64,000 nucleotides of DNA from Adineta vaga (Eukaryota > Animalia > Rotifera), in assembly GCA_021613535.1 (NCBI GenBank), contig CP075494.1:8308001-8372000 (forward strand). Reading direction: 5' to 3'. Shown here one piece after another: positions 13,761-28,232 of this stretch. Below the pieces are notes generated by a model. That model had not been told where the DNA came from. It was given only the letters and a program-made list of their open reading frames with translations, and made no database searches. A program made the position numbers and the translations under genes. The stretch's first letter is position 1; every line of letters begins with the position of its first letter.

Positions 13761-14345
13761 ATGGCACATGCAATGTTTGGTGGTGTATTACCTGTCGAAG
13801 ACAATTCGATTGTTCAGACACGTCGAAATTCTCGTACAGGTTCAATATCATTCATTCGTCGTGGATCAAGACAAGGAAGTATTACTCAAGCACATATAAA
13901 TGTGACATTTATGAATGAAGCCTTAGCTGAAGCACGAAGAAGTCTTGCTGAAGGTGGTATACCAAATGGATGTGTTCTTGTTCATAATGGTCAAATTGTT
14001 GCACGTGGACGAAATCGTCGTATACAACTTAGTTCACCTATATTACATGCTGAAATGACATGTATTGAGGCAGCTGGACGACAACCAGCATCATTTTATC
14101 ATAATTGTACACTTTATACAACTCTATCGCCATGTTCCATGTGTGCAGGAGCTATTCGTTTCTATGGCATACCACGTGTTGTTATTGGTGAAAATAAAAC
14201 TTATCATGGAGATGAAGCTTTACTTCGTGCAAGTAATGTTCAAGTTGATGTACTTGATTCACCTGAATGTCAAGAAATAATGGAACATTTTGTTCGAGAT
14301 CATCCACTCGTTTGGTATGAGTGTATTGCTCATAAAGCACATTGA
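13761..14345 (+). CDS. Intronless zinc-dependent cytosine/nucleoside deaminase (FCY1-like, microbial type) with N-terminal extension
   Basis: HAE and PCSMC zinc motifs, plus EGGIPxG, GxNRRIQ, AGRQPASFY, LYTTLSPC, YGIPRVVIGEN and a C-terminal W-x-E. These match the yeast FCY1/bacterial clade rather than ADAT2 or CDA. Single exon; AATAAA at about 14388. Confidence 0.88.
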   Translation: MAHAMFGGVLPVEDNSIVQTRRNSRTGSISFIRRGSRQGSITQAHINVTFMNEALAEARRSLAEGGIPNGCVLVHNGQIVARGRNRRIQLSSPILHAEMTCIEAAGRQPASFYHNCTLYTTLSPCSMCAGAIRFYGIPRVVIGENKTYHGDEALLRASNVQVDVLDSPECQEIMEHFVRDHPLVWYECIAHKAH

Positions 14346-14960
14346 TTGATTTATTTTTTTATGTATACGGGAGATCAGTTTTTATCAATAAACAAGATGA
14401 TTACATATACTCAAGTTTTTTACTTAGAAGCTTTCCGATTCTATATGCACTTTCTCTTATGCGTTACAAGTGATTATACAGACATGGGATAAATTCTTCA
14501 TGTTTCTGAGATTTTCTTTTAATTTGTTTGATTACACTAGTCCGTCCAAGATCGTCAAGTTTTAAATATGGCCAATCTCATTTCACATCTTCCTATAAAA
14601 AGTTCCATCATATAGTTACATTTACTACTAACTGAGTCAAACATGACTCACACTGGTAGTACTAGGGTTAATAACACTGCTTTTGCCTCTAAAACATAAA
14701 ATTTGTATAATAAGACAATAGTAGCAATGGGAGCAAGGCATATAATCACTTCGCCTTTTCCTTCAAGTAGGAGATTTTTGAAAATTCTCTCGTAACATTT
14801 ATAGTTTATTTAGCTAAATCTTACTTTTTTCTTTTTATACTATCGAAAATTCATGTTTATAGTCATCTAGGTATTAGATAATGTACAAGTTTGGTTTACA
14901 ATAAAAATTATGATTCTACTTTATGTGACACGTTTAAAAAAGAAACACACTCGAATTAAA

Positions 14961-17547
<2,587 letters not shown>

Positions 17548-18781
17548 TGTCGAACTATACAAAGAGATGAAGCATAAAATTTAATTCAAAATCTAGAAAT
17601 GTACTTTGGAATATATTTTGTCTGTTTCGTGTCTTTTCTGAAATTCATACTTCCATTTTCTTCGTCACTAACAATTACACAATCCATCTTTATGACTTAT
17701 ACTTTTAAAAATTTGATTTGATTTTAATCAATCGGACCAAGTGAATGAGTCATACATCACTTGAAACCAATAGTCTGAAGTATAGATATCACCGATAGAG
17801 AAAATATATATATACAGAAATTATCTGTTTTACAAAACTACTATATATTATAAGATTAAAAGGAAACAATGCAGTTTACGATTTTGATATTCGTTTTTTG
17901 GAGAAGTGAGTTTCTTTTCTGTAAAAAAAACTAGATTATAAACGTCTTGAAAATCGTATTTTGAATGTTTTAAGCGGAGAATTTCTTCAAAAGATGTTAT
18001 TCATCATACGAGCTCTTGCATGAATGTATCGAGCATATTCCCTGATAGATATATTGATAATACCGAGAAGACGGAAATTTTAAAACTTATCTACAAAAAC
18101 TGAGTTACAACGTTACGTTTAGACAAGTCAACGTATTATCGTTTCATATTGGATGAAAGAGCCAAGTTACATCAAAATCTATGCCTCTTTCTCAATACAT
18201 ATCTAAATTGAAATGATGATCACAGCAATAATATCAAAAAAGATGTAGAGATAACTAAATAAAGCATTTGTTGTGTAGAATCGAAGTAGGAAATATTCTT
18301 ATCAATAATAAGAATACATTCTATCGTGCGATGATAAGCATTCTAGAGTCAGTTTCATTTTATTTAGAAGCATAACTATTTCGTCCACAAGTACATCGTC
18401 AGTAATATCTTATCTGCTAGAATTTGAAAGAAGGAACAACATAATTTAGATGAATTCATTAAATTTCATTGCTGATTATTTGTATTTTCATTTAAAAGGA
18501 AAACAAAATCTACTTCATAGCACCGTCAACCAAAAAAACAATGAAAAAAAATGTAAAAGCAAAGGCAGAAAAATGTATCATGAAACAAAATTGAGAAAAA
18601 AACAAACATGCATTACGTACAGAGAACAAAGAGCCATGTCCAATGAGATTTTGACGTCAGACTTCAATTGCAATACAAAAAGACACGAAAAGTTTTATAC
18701 AAAGAAAACAAACAAACAATGCATTCAGTGTAAAGAAGATTAAAACCAAAGATTAGATGTATAAGATACTGTATAAATGAA

Positions 18782-20060
18782 TTATTTCTTACGTTGATCT
18801 CTTGTTGTCGATTCAAATTGAGCTAAATTTGATGGCCAATATCGATTTATATTCGATATTTGACGAGCATGAGTATGATGATGATCATCTGTTGTTGTTT
18901 CATGGCGTTTTTTCTTTTTATTAGCTGCTAAATCAGGATTTGATGCTTCAAGCATGGGTTGTAAAATACGTCGACGAGCATTTATAAACCAATTATTCAC
19001 TTGAAGTAATGATAAATTTGTTTTCGACGATATAGCTCGTTTTTCATCTTCAGTCGGATATGGATGAACCTTTGAAACAAGATAAAATCAAATAATCAGA
19101 ATTGAAGAAAAACAATGTAATTTACAATATGTTGAAAGAGCCAACTTCGCATGATTGATGTAGCACTTTTTGGAAGTACACCACGTTTTGACGATGAAGA
19201 TGATACAATTGCGGATTGTTTACGTCGTTTTGTACACAATGAATCAAGTAGAACTGATGATGATGGATCAGCAACTTGTGATGAACCACTTGAAATAATT
19301 TGTGATAGAGGTGTTTGACCAGTAAATTGTGTTGTATATGGCTGATAGATCGAATTAAAACTATTATTCGATAGAGATTGTTTCCTACAAAATGACAAGA
19401 ATACATTTTCGATATATCAAACTCTCAATTCTAGGAAAAGTTTAAACATTAGGGAGAAAAAGATTCTTACCCACAATGTTGATCTTTTAAAACATTTCTA
19501 TCATTGATCATATATTCTTCCTCATTATCATTACCATCATCGGATTCATACTCATCATTAATATTTAATTCGAAATCTTCATCTTCATCATTATCATCAT
19601 CGTCATCGTCATCATCTTCATCATCCGTAAATATATTATTTGCATTTAATTTCACTTTAAGGCAAGCAATATAACGTTGACAAAAATCTCGACATAAATC
19701 ATTCACTTTATCAAGTTCAAGTAAATGTATTCGAAGAACTTGCATTGCATCAATATAAAAACTATCAATAATTGTTGATGTTTCATCATCATCATGTTTT
19801 GAAGTTGTTAATATTTCCGGATTTTTCGAAAGAAAAATTTTTAAATTATGTTCAAATGATGTTGAAGAATAAGATTCATCATTATTCAATAATAATGATG
19901 GATTCATTGTTGCTTGTTCACATCGTTCAAGTACGTAAACAAGTACAGGAAATAATGGATGTTTATAAATTAAACTTTTTTGACTTGATAATAATTGACT
20001 ATCATTTGAATGAAAACGATTTTCATCATTGTCATCATCAGATGAAGACGTTGATGACAT
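18782..20060 (-). CDS. PKNOX: TALE homeobox protein, PREP/PKNOX class (MEINOX + homeodomain), 3 coding exons
   Basis: MEINOX region [21 protein letters not shown] and [29 protein letters not shown]. Homeodomain [21 protein letters not shown]|[10 protein letters not shown]...[18 protein letters not shown]. Confidence 0.92.
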
Positions 20061-20852
20061 GATATTGATTGCTTCTTTACAGCAGAAAAAAACAATTCCT
20101 CGACCTCTCAGCTCAGTATGTGAAGTGAAGAATTGTATAGATAAAAAGAAAAGGACAATCATTGATTGGTCAAAATCAAAATAATGAAAATGAAAATTGT
20201 TTTCTTCGATCAAAATACAAGATTTTATTTATCACAGAGAATTTTATTTAAATTTACTTTGTAGTAAATTTATATATAATACTTTGTAGAGGGTCGATGA
20301 TGATTTTTGATTGGTCGAAAAAAAAGCGTGCTAGTGCGGCTTTCGATTTTTCCTATGAATTTTGTTTGTTCTGTTATAAATGACGAGTACTCACGTTTTT
20401 CTTATCGAAATTAATAGTGAAAAACTGTGCATTTGAAAAGAACACACGAAGATACCAATCATTTGTTTCTCTGCTTATTATTCGTTTATGACATACATCT
20501 GTCTTGCAATCATAAAACTTGTTTCGCTATCACCGGGCTTATGTAGTACATTTGACAAACGAATTATGTACCACACTCGCTGACGGTGTATAATGAACAG
20601 AGATTCATTCATATTAATAGATATTTAGGAAAATAATCATTTCATATATTTTGTTTTTCTTGATTGGATATTCAAGATAAGAATCGAATTTAATCATAGA
20701 AAAAGTTTCGTTTTTTCTCAATCGAAATAGTAAAGTGCTCTTTTGTGACAATTTCATATTTTTCACATTTATAATCAACAGATTCAGATGGTACACACAT
20801 ATATCTATGACAAAGTTGGAGAGCAACAACAAATGCGTGTGTTTTTTATATT

Positions 20853-21011
20853 GGTAGTCGAGCTGACACTCCTTATACACAGATCGGAAGTATCATTGCA
20901 GTAACGGATAATAGTAAAGGCTGTCAGTTCCCCAGGGATGGAAAGAACTAAAAAACGCCCAAATTGCTGTTCTCTCCTTCAGACATCTGTCTCACAGGCT
21001 CGGTTATTTTT
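20853..21011 (+). ncRNA. Candidate structured non-coding RNA, unidentified
   Basis: Closing stem TAGTCGAGC/GCTCGGTTA followed by T5. Internal helices TGACA/TGTCA and AGTTC/GAACT, the latter enclosing a CCA-GGGA-TGG GNRA hairpin. Confidence 0.3.
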
Positions 21012-21359
21012 CATCTGTCTATCATAATAATCGGTTATGTACTGAATATCAATATTTATTAGATCAAGGAATTTAAACTCATACATAAACCATCGATTGA
21101 ATCACTGTCTATATCAAATAAATAATTTAATAATTTATCATATGTATTGTGTTAATATTTCAGTACTTGGATATTAAATACATCTGTTTTTTCTATTGAA
21201 ACTGATTTCATTTCTGTAAACTTGAAATTCGATATATTAGCAGTTGCAAGCTAATCGTGATCAATTGTTTCTACTAACAAGTATCATGAACGAATTTTTG
21301 AAAATTTATTTTTCTTAATATTCAATAGTTTTTATTGGAAACATAGAAATGAATACAAA

Positions 21360-22775
21360 TTAATTTTCAAAAACAATTTCATCACTATCAGTAGTAGCAG
21401 CATCAGGATTACAAGCGAATTCAGTATTTGTATTTGTCATAGCTGCAAATTCTGGATCACCTGTGTGTACACCATCATTGAGTGACAAAATACAACCATC
21501 CTAGAAATTTCTATATAAAATTAGTATCATTGTAAATGAAACAAACCTTCAACAATTGAACTGCTATTCGTGCAATGTTGATTGAATCATCAAGACCTGA
21601 ATGACGATGACCATCAAATGAAAGATTCAAATATTCTAACATTCTTACAATACCTAAAAACTCAACATTTATATAGTAGAAAATGATATCTAAATTCATC
21701 AATTCGTACCACATGAACGTATAGAATAAAATTGTGCAAATCTTTTGCGGATATTAACCCATTTGTTAGCCCATTCTGGATAAAGTATAGAACTAAGACG
21801 ACATTGTAATCGAAGGAATTTTGCAAAATCCCATGGACTACAGTAGTAAAATGTATGATTAGTAAAAGAACAAAGTGATGTTAATGACTATCATACCCAT
21901 CCGTTGCAAATGCCAATCTACTTTTATTCGAAGATGATAAAAGATTTCGTTCATTTAACCAACTTTCAACATTATGAAGAACTTCAACAAATATTGGCGC
22001 AGCATCTACTTGACGCTAAAGACAAAAAACGAATAGCAAGTGTAACAATTTAATTGTATTTGTTAATACATACTTGCTGGATGCCTGTCAAATCGGTACA
22101 AAACTTTGTTAGAATTGGATTTCGTACAGGTCGACAATATGATTGAAATTGATCGATCTAAGAAATAGAAAAATATATTTCAATCCACTAAAAATTCAAC
22201 TTTAGTAAAAAAGAATATTTTACAACAGCTTGTTGTTTAACATCGATCAATACAATTGGAAATTCGATGATTTCATGCAGGTAATTTTTTTGATTTTCAT
22301 CACATGTTGCTTCAAAATCGACGACAGCAATGTATTCAAACGGTTGTTCAATCAATGTTAATGGATTTTTACTATCAAATAGTAATTCATTTTTATAATG
22401 ATTTTTTAAACGTCCACGTTGAATATCGTCAGTACCTCTAAATATTTTACCAACAAAGTTTTTAAGTCTAAAATAGTTGAACTTTTTGTAAACAACCTGG
22501 TACATAATTTTTTTTTCGTAAGTTCTTCATCTAACATCGCCGGTGTCATTTGTCGAACAGTGTTATTTATTTTGGTCAATTGCTTCTGAGATAATGTCTT
22601 ACAAGTTCGTTTTCTTTCCAAGGAACGTTCAACGCTAAGTAGACGTTTCTCTTCAGCTGTGGACAAAGTAGAATAACATGTCTATTTTCGAGAATGATGA
22701 AATATTCAGATGTCTCAGGATAGATTTTACCTGATCTTGAGGTGAATCTGTAGTTATTCTTTTAGATGATGCCAT
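21360..22775 (-). CDS. ERI1: 3'-5' exoribonuclease ERI1 (SAP-like + DEDDh exonuclease)
   Basis: SAP-like LCTR|[15 protein letters not shown], then [21 protein letters not shown]|PWDFAKFL and [21 protein letters not shown] at 22775; stop TAA at 21360-21362. Confidence 0.88.
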
Positions 22776-25700
22776 TTTAATCAACTGAACCTAAAAAATA
22801 TTTTGGTAGATAGATACACAAACAAAATTCATATTATATATATATAAGTATTTTATTACGAAACTATAATGCGTCAAATTCATTCATGTTTGAAGATTGC
22901 AAAATAACATAACTGTGAGTCATAGGAATGATTGATATGACTTGCTCAAACATCGAGCAGGATTACAAGATGTCGCCTATTCGAAATTTCATAACAAAAT
23001 TCGACTAATTGAAAATATAGTTTCTTTCGTACTTTGCTCCATATGTAAAATCTTTTAAGAATAAATATTAGAGGAAATGATATCTTAATTCTCTTTGAAA
23101 CCATGCAGCAATGTTGAACAACATTTGGTATGATAAATAAATAGTAAAGAAAAAAGACATAAACCAAAGAAATGATGTTACGATGAATTGCTTTTCCGTT
23201 CTTATTTCAGTATGTCGCAGATGTAAAACGAACATTTATCATCTTTTCATTTGATTAATGACTTTTTTTTCTAAAAAATACAATGAAGAATACATTATTC
23301 AATAATAGAAACCAACATGCAACGCACAATTTATGTTAGAAAATGTCATCTTTATATCTTTTTTCGTTTTACAATTCGAATTCGTCTGTATTGATTATTT
23401 TTACTACGCTCATAAAAGAAAGATGAAGAGAATGATTGAATACTAAAAAAAAAACAACTCTTTCATCAAAGTATCTTTTGATTCTTTTTTATCCATAGTT
23501 ATATGAGAATTTCTGTTTGAATAATTTTCCGATATAAATGCACGATGTTTGTGTTTTTAATAATTAATTAGTATATTACGCATCCTTTAACCAAGACTAT
23601 TTATTTTGCAAATAGTTTAACGATTGTTTTTTCTACACAATATCTTTAATAAGTTAGTATATTTCTCTTTTCTTCATATTAACAAATGTGTGCTAAAAGC
23701 ATCGCATAGTTGATAGAAAACATGATCAAAAGCTTTTGCTCTATTATTTGACACTTCATAGAATATGTGAGTTCTCGGCATTTATATGGAGTTTAGTTAT
23801 TTGATTAAATAATGCAAAATAGTTGAGTTGCAGTTTGTTGAAGAATAATTGTGCTTTTCAGAATATATTTATTACCGAGATAGGGTCGTCGACATTTTAT
23901 ACGATTACTTCTACATTGTATGCTATTCTCAAAATTAACGGTAATCAATTATCTGCTTGTGACCTATATATATATATATATACTTTGTGTTTAGGAGAAA
24001 AATTCTCTCCAAATACGTTAATTATTCGATTTCTATCAGTAGAAAAGAATTTTTATTAATTAACAATCAATGAAATTTATTCATGGGTTATAGGTCGAAT
24101 TGTGTTTATAAGATTTGTTCTGTTTAGAAATTCTTTTCTTTTCTTGTTAATTACAATGTGTATAATGAGCTCAAATAGATATTATAAGGGACCTTGTTAT
24201 CAACACTTAATCTTGAAGTCAATCTCATTTGTCTTATTTTATCCGAAGGTTATCTATAAGCTAAAAGACTCTATTTCTTTGTATTACATTTAGTTCTGAT
24301 GACAGTTATTTGTCTACTTCATTAAATCAATTGATACAATCCGTAAAAAGATATTTTTATTTAGTTTAACTACGATCTAGAAACGTTGATTTGAACTAAT
24401 ATAAAATCTGTTGAAAAGGTATGTCTATCTGAATTATTCATTCGCCTTCACGATGTATAGGGAACAAAGAAAATTTTTTTGATAAATTGTTAGTTTGATT
24501 TAGTTGACCTTGACTTGTACTAATAATTTCTCGAAGGAAATCGAACAATACACCTGTTAGTCGTTTCCGTTTAGTTTGTGAACAAAAGTTGAAGAGTTAG
24601 AAAATAGATAGATGGAATATTTACGAGGAAATGCTCGATAAGATACAACCTTGGAAAAATTATATCTCGATATGTGAGAATCTACTTGACCTCGTAACTA
24701 AATGTTCTCTGACATGTGACAGACTTCTATGATTATTTTAAGTTGAGAAAAATAGTCTGATGTTTATCACGGAAATCAAGTTGTCTTTCATGTCTTTTTA
24801 AAATCCTATCACTTAATTAGAATTTCTGTTGATCGGATGTTTGTTGAAATCGACTTTTTTTATTCTCGGTTTGTTGTTAAAAAGAATTAAGAGTCTCTCA
24901 ATCATATAATTCCCTATATGTTCTTTAACACACAACAGCCAGTAAATTGACGCTGTAGAACACTGAAAAAAAGATGAAGAAGAAGAAGAAGAAGAAAAAA
25001 AGAGAAGAACATGTTACTATGCCATAGTATAATATATAAATGAAAAATGAAGGACAAAGAAAGGAAAAAATCACTGAACGATCTAGAGAGAAACGGAGAA
25101 AGAAGAAAAGTCTTCAATGCCACTTCATAGGTGATTCATGTATTGTATACTATACTTGAACGAAGCGCGAAGAGAAACAAAAGTTTTCTCTCCTGAGCAT
25201 TTAAGCAAAGAGAAGAAAAAAAAGATGCTTATTATGATTTCAGTATTCTCTGGAAGTTTTACGGATGCTTTGCTAAAAGAAAACATCTCGTTAAAGTAAG
25301 TTAACCGACTGTAATTAATATTTTCCCGTTTTTTTCCTAGCTTCCAAGGAAAATAAGACTGACGACTAAAACACGTTCGAAAATACTCGCGTTTCTCCTT
25401 CTTATTATTATTAATATATACGTATCACTATATAATTTCTTGTCTATATTAAACACATACGACAGATTACGTTATGTGAGACAGAGAGCACGTCGAACAA
25501 ATATAACATATCTATTTCTTTATAAGTAACCAGTATATATATTTATATATCTGACAAATAGAGAAAAGAAGGGCTGGATAAATGTATATGCACGCACACA
25601 GTTTGATGATGATGATGATGATGATTAAATAGTGTCATTTTGAGAGTTTTCTTTAATTAATAAGTTGTGACATATACTTTAAATATTGAAGTTATTCCTT

Positions 25701-26079
25701 CGTCTTTTTTTTTACTTTTCTTGATTACATGAGTGAGGGCGAGAGAGGGAGAGAGAAAGAAAATCTCCAAGTTGAATCAACAATGACTTCTCTCAGTAGT
25801 TTTACTATGGGTTTTTTTCTCTTAACATATTTCGTTACGAACAAATTAAAATACTATATATGAGCATGATTTTCTCTTCCTTTTAAATACTTGCTTCATC
25901 TATTAACTTAAGCTTGAGATAAAGTCTAGTTTATCTTAGATTATTTTCCTATTTTCGATGGAATCATTCCATCTGGCTTTCGTTCTTTCCTAGTGTCTTC
26001 TTTCAATTAAGAAAATGTCTGTTTTTCCAGTTTTTTTCTCTCTCCTGATGTTGTCGTCTTCATCAGCTCATACCAAGGA

Positions 26080-26106
26080 CATCATCATCATCATCATCAT
26101 CATCAT
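26080..26106. repeat. (CAT)n trinucleotide microsatellite
   Basis: About 9 CAT units. A (GAT)n tract is at about 25604-25625 and a (TA)n tract at 45061-45078. Confidence 0.9.
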
Positions 26107-26774
26107 TATCATCCCTCAAGAAAGAACAACAGAAAGCCATTTCCGGATGATAAAAAGAAAAACTTTTGCACTATTACTTCAATACACTAGTGTATCCCTA
26201 GATCAAACAAAGAAAGAGGTGCAGACAATGTCATTTGAAGTATGTATACCAATAAATCATATCTGTCAACGAGCGATGTTCTTTGGATTTCGTCCGTCTT
26301 CTTTTTAGTTTATCACAAAATTGATCATATTTTATATGATGTCCATGTAACAAGACATACTCGACGTATTTATACAATGTCAATCTGTTCTTTTTCTTAT
26401 GAATGATACAATAGTAGTGAACAGTATTCGGAAGAAGACGACCTTAGGGAATATTAGTAATCTTATTAGGTTGCTCAATATAGATAGACAACTGGAACTT
26501 GAATAGATTAGACTGAAAAAGAAACCTTGAATTTTTCTTTTAATCTTAATTATTATTGACGGTTAGAATAATTCTTTAGTGTATCTAAAAATGTACTAGT
26601 AATCTAAGAGTATACGTCTATACTTTGCCAGTATTATCCATTTGCCGCTTGTAGAACTATCAACATGTGCATGTTATGTTTATTTAAGCACAGACAGCAG
26701 AAGAAATGATTAGAATTTCTCTTTCATCTATACAAATGTCTTTTTTTTTCAGATTGATTTTGTCTTGAATAAAC

Positions 26775-28232
26775 ATGAAATTAAAAGATTATTTAAATTC
26801 TCTTGTATCACGGAGAAAAAGTAATCCAACAATAAAACCATCGAAATTTAAAGCACCTCAAGATTCAATATCAGCAACTGATTGTCATTATGAAATTTGT
26901 GATTCGAATGATTTAAAGAAATTTTCGAACAATGATCATCCTAACCGAACAGAAACTCTACTCAATCGTCATGCGCAATTAGTTAATACTATTGTTAATA
27001 TTCAATCACAAACAAATTCATGTCCACAATGTCGACTATTACATCAACAAGGACAACAAAGCATACTCTCCAATTGTCATTATTCAAATACATTATCTAC
27101 ATGTCATATTCATCAAGAATATCCTTATCAATCGATGATATCTTCAAGTAATAATTCTCTATGCATTAAAACGAGACAACGTTCAAAAATTCGAACTAAT
27201 CCATGGATTCATACGAATTTTCAATCACAATCAAAACAATCTTCTTCGAATCCACCGATGATAACATCTGGACTTATTCATTCCGAATCATTTCCACAAA
27301 CTCTTGCTAATGGAAATACACGTTTAACGAATCCGACGAATCGAATTCTACATCATAGTGATAGTGGACATGGTTTTTCTCTATCAAGTTCAAGAATAAT
27401 CGATTCATCATCACCGGATAATACAAGTAATGATGGCATTTTACTCGATGATAAACACAATGCACAATATTCTTCTCCGCAAACAATTCCATCGGATCAA
27501 AAACGAAAAAATAGAAAATCTTCTCATTCTCGTTATCAACGTCCATCTAATCTACGTGTATCTAGTCCAAAGAAGTCCTATAGCAATCGTAAACATCAGA
27601 TACGAAATTCTTCTCCTCGATTAATTAATGATCATTTTTCTATTCAATTTGAAGAAATTGTTGAAAATGAACGTTTACATAAACAACAACAACAACAACA
27701 ACGTTCACCAATGCGACAAAGTCCATTTATATTACCATTAGATGAGCCATATACGAATTCATCATCTTCAGTACCAACATTACGTTCAACAAATTTAAAA
27801 AAATCGGATTCTCGTACAATATTAAAACATATTGAAGAAATTGAAAATGAGATTCAATTAATTACAAATTTAAATATTGAACAAGAAGAACAAATGCTTT
27901 CATCGAATGATTTTACCAAAGAAAAGAGTCGACATTCAATTCACGAACAAATTGATCAATGGATTGAACAGTGTTTAACTATTCCACAAAGTAATCCAAC
28001 TACACGTTTACATACTGAATGTGATCTTTTATCAGATACAATCAAGGAATATGTGACATGTATATGTCCCAATGAAAAAACAAAATCAACAGAATTAATG
28101 ACAGCATTTTATTTAAGTGAAACAACATCTCCACCCAAACGAACAAAATCATTTGTTGATCAACCATTACAAATTTATCAAACTCAAATAAATGACAAAG
28201 ATTCAAAGTCAATTCATGAATGTCCTTTTTAA
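26775..28232 (+). CDS. Uncharacterized 485-aa single-coding-exon Ser/Gln-rich, largely disordered protein
   Basis: 1458-nt open frame in AT-rich DNA, preceded by a strong acceptor (T-run + CAG ending at 26752). Short motifs RQRSKIRTNPW and DSGHGFS, a short coiled segment, and C-terminal HECPF. No family recognised. Confidence 0.75.
   Translation: MKLKDYLNSLVSRRKSNPTIKPSKFKAPQDSISATDCHYEICDSNDLKKFSNNDHPNRTETLLNRHAQLVNTIVNIQSQTNSCPQCRLLHQQGQQSILSNCHYSNTLSTCHIHQEYPYQSMISSSNNSLCIKTRQRSKIRTNPWIHTNFQSQSKQSSSNPPMITSGLIHSESFPQTLANGNTRLTNPTNRILHHSDSGHGFSLSSSRIIDSSSPDNTSNDGILLDDKHNAQYSSPQTIPSDQKRKNRKSSHSRYQRPSNLRVSSPKKSYSNRKHQIRNSSPRLINDHFSIQFEEIVENERLHKQQQQQQRSPMRQSPFILPLDEPYTNSSSSVPTLRSTNLKKSDSRTILKHIEEIENEIQLITNLNIEQEEQMLSSNDFTKEKSRHSIHEQIDQWIEQCLTIPQSNPTTRLHTECDLLSDTIKEYVTCICPNEKTKSTELMTAFYLSETTSPPKRTKSFVDQPLQIYQTQINDKDSKSIHECPF

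Noticed and set aside
14633-14650. Inverted pair TGAGTCA-AACA-TGACTCA (AP-1-like)
   Set aside because: It is short and lies between convergent 3' ends; chance cannot be excluded.
22776-22860. Acceptor upstream of the ERI1 ATG as an operon junction
   Set aside because: There is no upstream same-strand gene nearby, and a plausible cis donor (GTAATA) sits at intron-like distance.
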